Below, piece after piece: positions 63,634-64,000 of a stretch of 64,000 bases of DNA; the first letter of the stretch is position 1, and each line of letters begins with the position of its first letter. The notes under the pieces are model-generated. The model was not told where the DNA came from and made no database searches. It saw only the letters and a list, made by a program, of their open reading frames with translations. The stretch is from a virus (taxonomy: Duplodnaviria > Caudoviricetes): IMG/VR virus record IMGVR_UViG_3300021979_000004, positions 64,001 to 128,000 of that record. One strand, 5' to 3'. The position numbers and the translations under genes were made by a program.

Positions 63634-64000
63634 CTTGTATTGTAGGTGTTGAAGTTGGAAATAAAGTAGTATTAGCTGGTGACATTCAAGGTAGTGGCGG
63701 AAACAATAAAATTGTCCACACGCAACCCAAAGTGTTTAAGAATGGAGAAATGGGTTTTGGTTACACAACCTCATACCGTTTTGGTCAGCTAATCGAACAC
63801 TCAGTTACTAAAGAATTTGTTCCACAAAGTGAAGACATGATTTATCCATGGCTTATCAAAGAGTTTGTGCCACACTGTAAGAAGACTCTACAGGAAGGTG
63901 GTTATGATGGTGGTGGTATGTGTCTAATCGGTGTTAAAGGCCAACTCTGGGAGCTACAAAGTGAGTTTTCCATTCTACGTAGCACTAAAGGATTTAATGC
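63630..64000 (+). CDS. HslV/proteasome-like Ntn-hydrolase (3' truncated by window)
   Basis: MTCIVG...VLAGD...PKVF...GFG: N-terminal Thr nucleophile and conserved Lys; GAGG RBS. Confidence 0.7.
   Translation, partial: MTCIVGVEVGNKVVLAGDIQGSGGNNKIVHTQPKVFKNGEMGFGYTTSYRFGQLIEHSVTKEFVPQSEDMIYPWLIKEFVPHCKKTLQEGGYDGGGMCLIGVKGQLWELQSEFSILRSTKGFN

Noticed and set aside
1-64000. tRNA/rRNA genes
   Set aside because: No cloverleaf or T-loop (GTTCGAATC) context found outside coding regions by eye; tRNAscan-SE would be decisive.
1-64000. Stop-codon reassignment
   Set aside because: Conserved genes (ligase, ClpP, NAMPT, sheath) are uninterrupted in code 11 and genes are tightly coupled.
1-64000. Phage-nucleus (chimallin/PhuZ) or multisubunit RNA polymerase genes
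   Set aside because: None recognisable; the promoter types point to a T4-like sigma70 plus late-sigma programme.

Overview
This is a 64-kb segment of an AT-rich, T4-style jumbo myophage genome in the standard genetic code; I found no tRNA, rRNA or CRISPR array. Dense, mostly minus-strand blocks of small genes with near-consensus sigma70 promoters alternate with islands preceded by T4-like late promoters (NATAAATA). Recognisable genes include the C-terminal half of the large terminase, a 957-aa tail sheath, ATP-dependent DNA ligase, dNMP kinase, NAMPT (nadV), ClpP, an HslV-like Ntn protease (partial), Nudix, MazG-like NTPase, YqeY, a LemA-like/TPM-like pair, KTSC, two tandem putative amidoligases, and several beta-propeller/FN3/lectin-like late proteins. 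Four features stand out. (1) About 30 otherwise dissimilar small proteins, 17 of them in one contiguous array at 647-7541, share a C-terminal strand-helix motif LNx(I/F/Y)K(L/I)KxPxxY; I hypothesise a modular docking or adaptor family, possibly linked to the phage's own proteases. (2) The terminase gene starts with the C-fragment of an atypically split intein (AceL-TerL-like) under its own late promoter, followed 24 residues later by a cis intein; the N-half is not in the window. (3) A decayed endonuclease sits between intact clpP and an orphan, diverged clpP 3' end. (4) Four unrelated late proteins share an N-terminal peptide. All family assignments come from motif recognition by eye and need HMM or structure confirmation.
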